Positions 48,554 through 57,940 of a DNA stretch of 64,000 nucleotides are shown in pieces. The stretch spans positions 1-64,000 of IMG/VR virus record IMGVR_UViG_3300027749_000051; one strand, given 5' to 3'. Source of the DNA: a virus. The notes under the pieces were generated by a model. It saw only the letters and a program-made list of their open reading frames with translations. It was not told the DNA's origin and made no database searches. Position 1 is the first letter of the stretch. Each line of letters starts with the position of its first letter. Both the position numbers and the translations under genes were made by a program.

Positions 48554-49396
48554 ATGGCAATGAGTTATATTGGTGGCAAGAGCCGCATTGGCCGGTGGAT
48601 AGTTCCATTCTACCCACAGGACATGGAAACATACGTTGAGACATTCGGAGGGATGTACTGGTGTTTCTTTAATATGGATTTGAGTCAATACCCGAATCTA
48701 AATAAGGTTGTTTATAATGACTTTAATCCTTTGAATTATAATCTATTCAAATGTGTTCAGAATCCATCGGAGTTACAAAGGGTATTAGATATGATACCAG
48801 TTCAACAGATGGGAGTGGAAACTACTCCAATAGAGTTTAAAGAGAAATTCAAGACTTTTCAATCAGAAGTATTTAATTCAGGGTTTACGGTAAATGTTCC
48901 TGATTATGATATTGCTGCAAAGTATGTTTATGTCCTCACACAAGTGTTTAGTGGTAGCAAGCCTGAGACATCATCGTTTATTGATTTGAAGGGGAAATAT
49001 AGGTCCAAATACCTATCATTTAGGGATAAATTGAGTAAACCTACTTGGGTAGATCACTTTCTAAAGATAACTGATGTTGAGAATATGGATTTTGCTGATG
49101 TTATTCAGAAGTATGATTCTCCATCGACTTATATCTATCTGGATCCTCCCTATTGGCGGACGGAAAACTATTATAATAACCATGATTTTGATAGACAAGA
49201 TCATGAAAGACTCGCAAATGTGTTAAATAAGATACAGGGTAAGTTCAGTTTATCTTATTATGATTTTGATTTATTACACGAGTGGTTTCCTGAAGATAGG
49301 TTTAGATGGGAGTCTAAAGAATTTGCTAAAGCGGCGGCGGCAAAAAAAGGAGTGAAACAAAATATGGGAAAAGAATTGTTAATTCTAAATTATTAG
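48554..49396 (+). CDS. Second Dam-like adenine DNA methyltransferase
   Basis: SYIGGKS; VETFGGMYW (atypical motif I); VYNDFN; YLDPPY; LSYY; ELLILNY. Confidence 0.85.
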   Translation: MAMSYIGGKSRIGRWIVPFYPQDMETYVETFGGMYWCFFNMDLSQYPNLNKVVYNDFNPLNYNLFKCVQNPSELQRVLDMIPVQQMGVETTPIEFKEKFKTFQSEVFNSGFTVNVPDYDIAAKYVYVLTQVFSGSKPETSSFIDLKGKYRSKYLSFRDKLSKPTWVDHFLKITDVENMDFADVIQKYDSPSTYIYLDPPYWRTENYYNNHDFDRQDHERLANVLNKIQGKFSLSYYDFDLLHEWFPEDRFRWESKEFAKAAAAKKGVKQNMGKELLILNY

Positions 49397-49416
49397 TTAT
49401 TTTTGCATCCTTAATA

Positions 49417-49423
49417 TATTTAT
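49417..49423 (+). promoter_or_regulatory. TATTTAT putative late promoter
   Basis: Ends 16 nt before ATG 49440. Confidence 0.55.
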
Positions 49424-49439
49424 TATAAAATTCTTTAAC

Positions 49440-50765
49440 ATGAAATTTACACCAATACTAAGAACAATAATTACTGAACAGACAAGAGTTGAAGTACTTT
49501 ATAATGCTTTGACTGAGCCAAGAAAAGATAAGGAGGGAAAAAAATTAAAACCTTTTCTAACTAAAGATGAATTCGTTACTTTAGTTGGGGCTGATCCAGA
49601 CACTAAATTAAATGATGTGGACATTCAAAACGCAAACAAAGCAGAGTTGTCAAAAGTTAAGGCTGGAAAATATGTTCAATGGTTAATTAAAAATTATTTA
49701 AATCCTCAAACAGAAACCCAAGCAGGTGAACATGGACATAATAGAGAAGTTGCACAACTTAAAGAAAGATTTATTGAGGACTTATATAAAATAACTGACG
49801 ATCTTAAAAAATTTGAAAGATTTAAATCAAAGATTAAAGGTGAAAGAGATATTAATAAGTTAACACCTCGACAATTATATGATACGGTTAAAGACTTTGA
49901 CTTAACGGTTGCCACAACAACAAAGGCGGAAAGAAAACAAGCTCCTGTTCATCCTGGTGCAAAAATAGTTTATGATGGAAATAATTGGAGAGTAATTGAG
50001 ATTGAGGATAAGGGTAGTCTTGGAAAAGAGGCGGCATGTTTTTACGGAGGTAATAATCAAGAGACTAGATGGTGTACATCTGCACCAGGTGGGTCTCAAT
50101 TTGAAAGACATATTAATCAAGGTCCATTATATGTGGTTTTTAATCCTAATGATCCTAATGTATCGCCAACAACAGGTCTTCCAGTTCAAAGATGGCAATT
50201 CCATTTTCCTACAAACCAATTTATGGATTATCACGATCATCCAATTGACTTAGTTCAAATGTTGAATACGGATATGTCTGAATTAAAAGACGTATTTAAA
50301 CCTGAGTTTGCAAAGGGGTTAACAATTGGTGGTGGAACAAAATTTGTTGTTGATAGTTTCACTAATGGGGCAATAGGTAAATTTATTGCGTTATATGGGT
50401 TAGACGATTTAATTAGTAGTCTTCCAGAAACTTTAATAGAGTTTCAAATCACCAATAGAGATTCTAATAAAAACATTGACATTAGAATTCCTGATGATAT
50501 TTCAAGATTTAAGAATTTAGAGATGATTGGATTAGATAATGTTATTTCTAGTATACCAGATTCAATATGTAATATTAAGACATTAAAATTTATTGGGTTA
50601 ATGAATAATCAGAATCTAAAAACTGTTCCTGAATGTTTGGGAGATTTACCAAAACTTGTATTTTTAAATACCAACGGGTCTCCTAATTTTAAACTACCTA
50701 AGAAATTGGAAGAAAGAGGAAATGTTCTTGGTGATGGTTTATGGGATTTTAATGAGGAAAATTAA
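49440..50765 (+). CDS. WCT-motif protein, paralog 2, with C-terminal leucine-rich repeats
   Basis: ACFYGG...TRWCTSA; IPDDISRFKNLEMIGL, IPDSICNIKTLKFIGL, VPECLGDLPKLVFLN. Confidence 0.65.
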   Translation: MKFTPILRTIITEQTRVEVLYNALTEPRKDKEGKKLKPFLTKDEFVTLVGADPDTKLNDVDIQNANKAELSKVKAGKYVQWLIKNYLNPQTETQAGEHGHNREVAQLKERFIEDLYKITDDLKKFERFKSKIKGERDINKLTPRQLYDTVKDFDLTVATTTKAERKQAPVHPGAKIVYDGNNWRVIEIEDKGSLGKEAACFYGGNNQETRWCTSAPGGSQFERHINQGPLYVVFNPNDPNVSPTTGLPVQRWQFHFPTNQFMDYHDHPIDLVQMLNTDMSELKDVFKPEFAKGLTIGGGTKFVVDSFTNGAIGKFIALYGLDDLISSLPETLIEFQITNRDSNKNIDIRIPDDISRFKNLEMIGLDNVISSIPDSICNIKTLKFIGLMNNQNLKTVPECLGDLPKLVFLNTNGSPNFKLPKKLEERGNVLGDGLWDFNEEN

Positions 50766-50778
50766 ATCTGTTAATAAT

Positions 50779-51057
50779 ATGAGTGTTGATGTTGAAATTT
50801 ATTTAAATAACATCATTAGGTTCTTCAAACAAAATCCTCAGGATCTTTTGAATTTAGTTCCTGAAGAAAATGAACAAGAATTTTATGATAAATTACGGGA
50901 AGTTGCATTTAAGAATTACAATAAGATTGGAGAGGCAAATTTAACTCAATCTCAAATTATAAAAATTTGTGAAGAATTAATTTCAAAGAAAACAATACAA
51001 GAGGAAGTTAGAAAACTTTTTGGTAAGACGAGTTTCGGATATTATGGATTAAATTAG
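50779..51057 (+). CDS. Hypothetical protein
   Basis: Start reassigned to ATG 50779 (MSVDVEIYL). Confidence 0.55.
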   Translation: MSVDVEIYLNNIIRFFKQNPQDLLNLVPEENEQEFYDKLREVAFKNYNKIGEANLTQSQIIKICEELISKKTIQEEVRKLFGKTSFGYYGLN

Positions 51058-51090
51058 ATCATATTGTTTATGATAATTAAGTGGGGGGCA

Positions 51091-51122
51091 ATTGTCCTCC
51101 ATTTTATTTTTTACTATATTTG
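51091..51122 (+). promoter_or_regulatory. Bacteroidota-type promoter
   Basis: ATTG-N20-TATATTTG ending 4 nt before ATG 51127. Confidence 0.65.
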
Positions 51123-51126
51123 TTTT

Positions 51127-52797
51127 ATGAAAGAATTGTTGTTTAAAGAGAACTTCGAGAAATACGAAAGCACTGAGTATCATAATTTTAATTTATATGA
51201 TGATTTATCTTATGATGGACGAATTAATCTTTTGGAGTATCAATTGAATATTGCCAAAGATAAAAAGGCTAAACCTGTTTTTGTTATTTCCAAATTTCAT
51301 CAGGATAAGGAGACGTATATGGAAAATTATGGTAATCCTTTTTATTCTTTAATAAAGACCTATCTTATGATAGTTGTCGAGAAAAACGAGAACAAAGTCT
51401 CATTAAAGTTTTTCGAAGGTTTAAGACGACGAGATGTAGGAAAACAATGGTTCACCACTAAGAAGATGATAGATTTTATAACTGTTAATGTTAAAACAGG
51501 TAATATCTATCATGGACATATCTATGATTATCAGTTAAAGAAAGGCGCCAAAAAATCAATTCGTAAGAATACATTTATTAATGAGCCCTTAAATGATCTT
51601 ATGAGTAAAATTAAACATCGTCTTGGTCTATATGGGGATCATTCTTATGATACATTAATGAACGCAGTATCAAAATTTATGAATGAGGTGGATGGTAAAG
51701 ATAGTTCTAATCAGGACACATTATCATTTAGCCAAAGATTATTCCAATATTATCTTGAAAGAAAACGAATAAAATACCCAAATAATTTTTATGTCTACCA
51801 TTCTCAACTTTTTGGACCTTTAAGAAAAGTTTTGAATAAACACAATAATAAATTGATTGAATCGTTTATGGTTTACAATAAACTTTCAGGTAAAAAGATT
51901 AAGAAGGCTCTTCATAATTGTAATAAACTGAATATCTCTTTGTTATCAGAATCTAAAAGATTATTTGGTGATGATTGGATTAATCAAGATGAAGGGGTTA
52001 TAAGTAAGTTACTGGATTCTAAGTTACCATTTCAACCTTATCCTGAAGAATTTAAAAACATGGTTTCACAACAGGAACTTAAGAAAGTGTATGATCTTTT
52101 TAAGGAAGTCTATATTAATAATCAATTAGATGCTTATACATTTTTTGATCATATCCGATTATATACCGAACTTAAGATTTATGGGGAGAACGATCTTAGA
52201 TGGCATTCAACTGATAATAAAGGAACATCATTTCGAGAGGAACACTTGGACTGGTCAGATAAAATACAATATTATAAACAAGGAATATATAAAAGGATTT
52301 ATCCTGATCATTTTTATAAGACTATCCAAAAAGAAATTGATGGATATTTTCCAATCTTACTTGATAATAGTTTTTCTTATAATGGGGAAAGTTCGGTTCA
52401 ATCAAATTGTGTTAAGACTTATATCTCAAGACCAAATTCTTTAATTATTTCATTACGAAAAGGTAGTGGGGATTCTGAGGAACGAGCAACAATTGATTAT
52501 AAATTAACTTTAGATAGAAAGCATAATTTAGTTAATGCTGAGAGGATACAGAGTTTAGGTAAGTTCAATAAGTCACTTGACCCTAGTTGGAATGTGGTGC
52601 TATTTAAATTGGATTTAATTGTCTTATCTTGTGTTATGACAAAATTTGAACCATTTAAAATAGTAAAGGAAACCAAATCAGGGTTTATCTTTAATTCTGA
52701 ATCAGATTGGGATGAGAATGGTAATTTAGTTTGGAATAATGACCTGAGGGCTAATATGGTATTAAATGAACTTGGGATGTTTAATGATTATTTATGA
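51127..52797 (+). CDS. PcfJ-domain-containing protein
   Basis: C-terminal YNGESSVQSNCVKTY...IISLR...ATI resembles PcfJ; start reassigned to follow the promoter. Confidence 0.55.
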   Translation: MKELLFKENFEKYESTEYHNFNLYDDLSYDGRINLLEYQLNIAKDKKAKPVFVISKFHQDKETYMENYGNPFYSLIKTYLMIVVEKNENKVSLKFFEGLRRRDVGKQWFTTKKMIDFITVNVKTGNIYHGHIYDYQLKKGAKKSIRKNTFINEPLNDLMSKIKHRLGLYGDHSYDTLMNAVSKFMNEVDGKDSSNQDTLSFSQRLFQYYLERKRIKYPNNFYVYHSQLFGPLRKVLNKHNNKLIESFMVYNKLSGKKIKKALHNCNKLNISLLSESKRLFGDDWINQDEGVISKLLDSKLPFQPYPEEFKNMVSQQELKKVYDLFKEVYINNQLDAYTFFDHIRLYTELKIYGENDLRWHSTDNKGTSFREEHLDWSDKIQYYKQGIYKRIYPDHFYKTIQKEIDGYFPILLDNSFSYNGESSVQSNCVKTYISRPNSLIISLRKGSGDSEERATIDYKLTLDRKHNLVNAERIQSLGKFNKSLDPSWNVVLFKLDLIVLSCVMTKFEPFKIVKETKSGFIFNSESDWDENGNLVWNNDLRANMVLNELGMFNDYL

Positions 52798-53135
52798 TGA
52801 AGACACCAAAATTAATTAACGCATTAGAGAAAGTTGGGGGTGTATTCTCCGAAACAAATTATGGTCTTTGTAATGGAAATCTTGCGGAGTATCTAAACGG
52901 AAAGAAATTAGATAGGGTTTTTGAGAAGGGAGATTTAAATCAGAGAGGTAAACTTTCTTTTCATGAAATTATTTATAAAAGTCGACAAGACTTTTATCTT
53001 TACATAAAATTAGTTCCAGGAATTGACGAAGTTTGGTCTCTGACTATTTATTATAAACCTGAACAACAGAATGAATTAGTGTTGTTCATAACACAACTTT
53101 TAAAACCATTTATAAATGCAACAAATAACAACTGA
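52794..53135 (+). CDS. Hypothetical protein
   Basis: ATGA-coupled ORF. Confidence 0.55.
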   Translation: MMKTPKLINALEKVGGVFSETNYGLCNGNLAEYLNGKKLDRVFEKGDLNQRGKLSFHEIIYKSRQDFYLYIKLVPGIDEVWSLTIYYKPEQQNELVLFITQLLKPFINATNNN

Positions 53136-53439
53136 TGAATTAAAAGAAAAAATAGCAAATAAAGAAAGTTTTGTTCTCGATCTTTTTGCGACTTGGTGTG
53201 GTCCGTGCAAGATGATGCACACAAGTATGGTTCATGCTGAACAATTAACAGAACAAAGAGCAAAAGGAAAACCAACTCATAATTTCTATCAATTAGATAT
53301 TGAAAGTGATAGGGAGTATGTTATTGGGGAGTTAGGGATCAGGAGTGTGCCAACACTAAAAGTTTTTACTGAAGGACAAGAAACTTATTCGAAGGCTGGA
53401 GTTTTAACTACGAATGAAATTTATGATTTAGTTAAGTAA
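53116..53439 (+). CDS. Thioredoxin
   Basis: LFATWCGPC; IRSVPTL. Confidence 0.9.
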   Translation: MQQITTDELKEKIANKESFVLDLFATWCGPCKMMHTSMVHAEQLTEQRAKGKPTHNFYQLDIESDREYVIGELGIRSVPTLKVFTEGQETYSKAGVLTTNEIYDLVK

Positions 53440-53440
53440 T

Positions 53441-53746
53441 ATGAAAGATTTAAATATTATCGTGTATACTATGAAGGGGTGTCATCATTGTACTAACTTT
53501 AAGGAAATGTTGGTAAATGAAGGGATTGAGTTTTTTGATCGAGACATTGATGAGTACCAACAAGAATATGATATGTATTGTGAAGTTGCCGAGAATGATT
53601 TAATTCCGGCATTATTAATAATTGAGGGAGACGATAGTAACGATGATCGTAAAACTTTCATATATGCGCCAGACAGGAACTATAATGAGTTGACTGAGGC
53701 ATTAGAATTAATTAACAATCATCGTAGAAACGTCGGAATAATTTAG
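53441..53746 (+). CDS. Glutaredoxin-like protein
   Basis: VYTMKGCHHC; IPALLI. Confidence 0.8.
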   Translation: MKDLNIIVYTMKGCHHCTNFKEMLVNEGIEFFDRDIDEYQQEYDMYCEVAENDLIPALLIIEGDDSNDDRKTFIYAPDRNYNELTEALELINNHRRNVGII

Positions 53747-54498
53747 ATTATAATAAAGTTTTTATTAATTTTCTTTAAAAAATCGTAATCTTTAAGTGGA
53801 TTTGTGAGTTCAACACTCCAATCCACTTTTTTTATTTCTTTTTCCATCGAGCTCATATCAAAATCAAAGACATCTAATATTGCAGATTTTAAGGTTTTAT
53901 CCTCAGAGTTTGTCTTATGGTTAAAGATTGAGAAATTGGATTCATCCTCATCAATCTTATTACCTGTTAATTTCATTGTAAGGGTGGTAAATGGATAGAT
54001 AGGGGATATGTTATATATGAGGTGTTTGAAGTAATAATAATGTAACCTGCCTTGTCCTAATGAATATCCGTGAGGGAATTCAGAACAATTAATCATATTT
54101 TGGTTATCAACCTTAATTGGCCTTAAATTATAGTCATAAGAACATTTATCTTTAGATAACGATTCGATTTGATCTGGATGATAAGAACAATTAGATGAAT
54201 TAAAGAATGAGAAGATGTATTCTGTTGGTTTATTAATGTCACAATTATACTCAATAAGGTCTATGGTATGGGAAACTTTAACACCTTCAACTAATATGTC
54301 GAATTTTTTAATGAATTCTCCGACAATTTTAGGTAAGTCCAATACTTCATTATGTGAGGTCTTCCCTTTTATAATGTAAAAGTTTATACAGTCTACAACT
54401 TGTATTATTGATTCTTCATCTTGTGGTATTTTATTTAATATAAAATCTGTCAATAAATTTGTTATTGATATTCTGCTTCCAATTTCTTTTAAAATCAT
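53743..54498 (-). CDS. Hypothetical protein, possibly a degenerate MetK-like fold
   Basis: NLLTDFIL...IIQV...IKGKT..VLDL..IV resembles the MetK N-domain; KSAILDVFDF resembles its C-terminal region. Catalytic motifs absent. Confidence 0.35.
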   Translation of the reverse strand: MILKEIGSRISITNLLTDFILNKIPQDEESIIQVVDCINFYIIKGKTSHNEVLDLPKIVGEFIKKFDILVEGVKVSHTIDLIEYNCDINKPTEYIFSFFNSSNCSYHPDQIESLSKDKCSYDYNLRPIKVDNQNMINCSEFPHGYSLGQGRLHYYYFKHLIYNISPIYPFTTLTMKLTGNKIDEDESNFSIFNHKTNSEDKTLKSAILDVFDFDMSSMEKEIKKVDWSVELTNPLKDYDFLKKINKNFIII

Positions 54499-54593
54499 TT
54501 TTAATTAGTACTTATTGTTTATTGTTTGATGAATTATAGTAAAATTAAATAAAAAAACGAATACAAGGTTTCAGTAATAAACCAAATTACTTG

Positions 54594-54601
54594 TATTTAT
54601 A
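54594..54601 (+). promoter_or_regulatory. TATTTATA putative late promoter
   Basis: Ends 19 nt before ATG 54621, at the head of the collagen operon. Confidence 0.6.
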
Positions 54602-54620
54602 ATTAAGAGTAAAAGTTTTC

Positions 54621-56411
54621 ATGGCAAAAGATATTCTAATTGTACCTAGTAATAGTATTTCACAAACTTCCGATAGAATACCCTATATTAATTTTATTAA
54701 TAATGCGGGTAGTACTCCAATCGCTTTAAAAGTCTTATCAGGCGCAAAAATAACATTCTCTTCTTCAACACAAGCAGACATATTAGTAATAGATCCATCT
54801 AACCTATTGATTTCAGTAGGCTATACTCTTAATGTCCGAAGTTATTTTGCGATTAATGGGGTTCAAATTATTAATGGAACATTAAATTGGGTTGGTCCTA
54901 CTACGAATATTGCTGGTGCACAAGGGGCTCAAGGAACTGCAGGTACGACTGGAGCACAGGGTAATGTTGGAACTGCAGGAGCCCAAGGAGCTGCTAGTAC
55001 AACTACGGGAGCACAAGGGGCTCAAGGAAATACGGGAACTACAGGAACACAAGGATCGATTGGGGCACAAGGAAATACTGGAACTGCGGGATCACAAGGC
55101 GCCACGGGTAATACTGGAGCACAAGGGTCAACAGGAAATATCGGAACCACGGGGCCACAAGGCGCCCAAGGACCTAAAGGGAATCAAGGAGCTCAGGGCG
55201 CTACAGGAACTACGGGATCACAAGGAGCTACAGGAAATACTGGAGCACAAGGATCAACAGGTAATACGGGAACTGCGGGACCACAAGGAGCGACAGGTAA
55301 TACTGGTGCACAAGGGGCAAAAGGTAATACAGGAACTACTGGACCACAAGGGGCACAAGGAAATACTGGATCACAAGGTGCCACAGGAAATACTGGTGTT
55401 GCAGGATCTCAAGGAGCTCAAGGAACTAAAGGACCTCAAGGCGCCACCGGAACTACGGGATCTCAAGGTGCTACTGGAACTACGGGATCTCCTGGACCAA
55501 CAGGCGCTACTGGAACTGCAGGATCTCCTGGACCGACAGGGTCACAAGGGGCGACAGGAACAGCGGGAACTACCGGACCACAAGGAGCACAAGGGTCTCA
55601 AGGGTCTACGGGAACAAAAGGTCCTCAAGGCGCCACAGGAAATGCTGGAGGAACTGGACCAGCCGGACCAACAGGGGCAACAGGAACTAAAGGTCCACAA
55701 GGGGCGACAGGAACTGCTGGAACTGCGGGACCAACAGGATCACAAGGAGCAAAAGGACCTCAGGGATCAACAGGTGCTCAAGGTGCGGTTGGGCCATCAT
55801 CAATTACTTGTTATTCTAATACCACTATGTGGGCGGGTACTTCTAAATGTACCTTCACTTGCCAGTACGCTAAAGGAACGATTGTTTACCCATATCAACA
55901 AACTAGTTATTTGAATTATGCTGCGAATATGTATAGAACAGCAACTAATTGTAGTAATAGTACTTGTGATTTTGCTAGTTGGTGGGCAACTGCAACTGAT
56001 TATAATGATAATACATATTGTCAAGTTCCGAATACAACATGTGGATATTCTACTAGTACCACATTATGTACAAGTTATTCTGATATTAGATTAAAAGGCG
56101 GTATTGAAACCATTGAAAATGCTTTAAATAAGATAATGCAAATCGAAGCGGTTGAATATGATTGGAATAAAAATTTAGATCCTGGATTATATGAATATTT
56201 TGAAAAACAAAAAAAATTACATACAATTGGACTTATAGCACAAAATGTTAGAATGATTTTTCCTGAGGTTGTAAGAATGAATCTTGACGGATATTACTCA
56301 ATCGACTACAAGAAGCTAAATGCTGTCTTAGTGGAAGGTATCAAACAACAGGTAGTATTTGTTGATGAAATTGATAAAGAATTAGATTATTTAGAGTTAA
56401 CTATTAATTAA
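54621..56411 (+). CDS. Collagen-like fibre 1 with a Cys-rich domain and Peptidase S74 intramolecular chaperone
   Basis: G-X-Y run about 54913-55797 ([12 protein letters not shown]); YSDIRLK; HTIGLIAQ; IDYKKL. Confidence 0.85.
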   Translation: MAKDILIVPSNSISQTSDRIPYINFINNAGSTPIALKVLSGAKITFSSSTQADILVIDPSNLLISVGYTLNVRSYFAINGVQIINGTLNWVGPTTNIAGAQGAQGTAGTTGAQGNVGTAGAQGAASTTTGAQGAQGNTGTTGTQGSIGAQGNTGTAGSQGATGNTGAQGSTGNIGTTGPQGAQGPKGNQGAQGATGTTGSQGATGNTGAQGSTGNTGTAGPQGATGNTGAQGAKGNTGTTGPQGAQGNTGSQGATGNTGVAGSQGAQGTKGPQGATGTTGSQGATGTTGSPGPTGATGTAGSPGPTGSQGATGTAGTTGPQGAQGSQGSTGTKGPQGATGNAGGTGPAGPTGATGTKGPQGATGTAGTAGPTGSQGAKGPQGSTGAQGAVGPSSITCYSNTTMWAGTSKCTFTCQYAKGTIVYPYQQTSYLNYAANMYRTATNCSNSTCDFASWWATATDYNDNTYCQVPNTTCGYSTSTTLCTSYSDIRLKGGIETIENALNKIMQIEAVEYDWNKNLDPGLYEYFEKQKKLHTIGLIAQNVRMIFPEVVRMNLDGYYSIDYKKLNAVLVEGIKQQVVFVDEIDKELDYLELTIN

Positions 56412-57940
56412 TGGCGAACATTATAATATATCCACAAGGTAACGTAGGTAATACGGATCCTAATATTGTTTTTAACGATGGAACAAATCTATTGGCTCTT
56501 AACACTAAGGATCAATATCTATCGTTATCTTCCACGACGGTATCGGCTGGAGTACAAATTGGGGCACAGAATGTTATTGTTTCAGGCGCTACGATTACAG
56601 GACCTACTTCGGGATTATATGTTGGGGCATCTCAAACAAAATGGGTTGATGCTTCAGGTGTGTGGGTTGGATCAACAACAGGTATTAAAGGACCTCAAGG
56701 TGCAATAGGAAATTCAGGAACTGCGGGATCACAAGGAGCTCAAGGTACAGGACCTGGAGCACAAGGAGCTCAAGGTATTGCTGGATCACAAGGGGCGCAA
56801 GGTGCTCAGGGGGCGACAGGTACAGGACAACAAGGTGCTCAGGGCGCACAAGGAAATATTGGTGTTGCGGGATCTCAAGGTGCTCAAGGTACAGGTGTTG
56901 GTGCACAAGGCGCTCAAGGTAATGTTGGCCCTGATGGGGCACAAGGTGCTGGTAGTAAAAGTGCTGGAGCTGTAGGTGCTCAAGGGAATATTGGAATAAC
57001 AGGGGCACAAGGTGCTCAAGGTGCTAATACGGGAGCACAAGGTGCTCAAGGTAACGTAGGACCTACAGGAGCACAAGGTGCTCAAGGCGCCAACACAGGA
57101 GCACAAGGGGCTCAAGGTAATGTGGGTCCGATATCATCCACAGGTGCTCAAGGTCCTACGGGAGCTCAAGGAGCCCAAGGTAATGTGGGAATTGCGGGGG
57201 CACAAGGGAATATAAGTGTAACACAGGGGGCTCAAGGAAATGTGGGACCTACAGGGGCACAAGGGAATATTGGAACTGCTGGATCGACAACTGGTGCGCA
57301 AGGTGCTACAGGTACTGCAGGCGGACCAGGATCTACAGGTGCACAAGGAAACCCAGGTACCAATGGAGGGGCAGGATCGCCAGGGGCAACAGGTAATGCT
57401 GGAAGCGCTGGAGCAACAACTGGAGCACAAGGAGCGACAGGAAGTTTAGGACCTCCAGGTGCAACAACAGGGGCTCAAGGTGCTGTTGGACCGACAGGTG
57501 CGCAAGGTAACCCAGGAACTGCGGGTTCACCTGGACCAACCGGGGCTCAGGGTGCCACAGGATCACAAGGAGCACAAGGTTCTCAAGGTCCTTCTTCAGA
57601 TAGAAGGTTAAAGGATAATATTAAAAAACTTGAAAATGTTTTAGATAAAACAAAACAGATTCAAGGTGTTCAATTTGAATGGAATCACGATCATCCAAAA
57701 ATTAAACAAAAAGAATCTATTGTTTTTCAATCGGCATTTTCTGGAGATGCAATTGGATTTATAGCCCAAGAATTGGAGAAAGTATTACCTGAAGTTGTCT
57801 TTACAGATGAAGATCAGTTTAAATCTGTTGAATATGGACAAATGGTTAGCTTGGGTATTGGAAGTATCCAAGAAGTACAGACTCGTATTGATTCAATAAA
57901 TGAGAGAATAAACAAATTAAAAAAAGTAATCGGTGGCTGA
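56411..57940 (+). CDS. Collagen-like fibre 2 with S74 chaperone
   Basis: Interrupted GAQ repeats; SSDRRLKDNI; IGFIAQELEKVLPEVV; VEYGQM. Confidence 0.85.
   Translation: MANIIIYPQGNVGNTDPNIVFNDGTNLLALNTKDQYLSLSSTTVSAGVQIGAQNVIVSGATITGPTSGLYVGASQTKWVDASGVWVGSTTGIKGPQGAIGNSGTAGSQGAQGTGPGAQGAQGIAGSQGAQGAQGATGTGQQGAQGAQGNIGVAGSQGAQGTGVGAQGAQGNVGPDGAQGAGSKSAGAVGAQGNIGITGAQGAQGANTGAQGAQGNVGPTGAQGAQGANTGAQGAQGNVGPISSTGAQGPTGAQGAQGNVGIAGAQGNISVTQGAQGNVGPTGAQGNIGTAGSTTGAQGATGTAGGPGSTGAQGNPGTNGGAGSPGATGNAGSAGATTGAQGATGSLGPPGATTGAQGAVGPTGAQGNPGTAGSPGPTGAQGATGSQGAQGSQGPSSDRRLKDNIKKLENVLDKTKQIQGVQFEWNHDHPKIKQKESIVFQSAFSGDAIGFIAQELEKVLPEVVFTDEDQFKSVEYGQMVSLGIGSIQEVQTRIDSINERINKLKKVIGG

Noticed and set aside
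14224-53746. TAG stop-codon reassignment as in some large phages
   Set aside because: Standard code already gives dense full-length genes, and TAG stops at 37688, 49396, 51057 and 53746 are followed by new starts, promoters or convergent genes.
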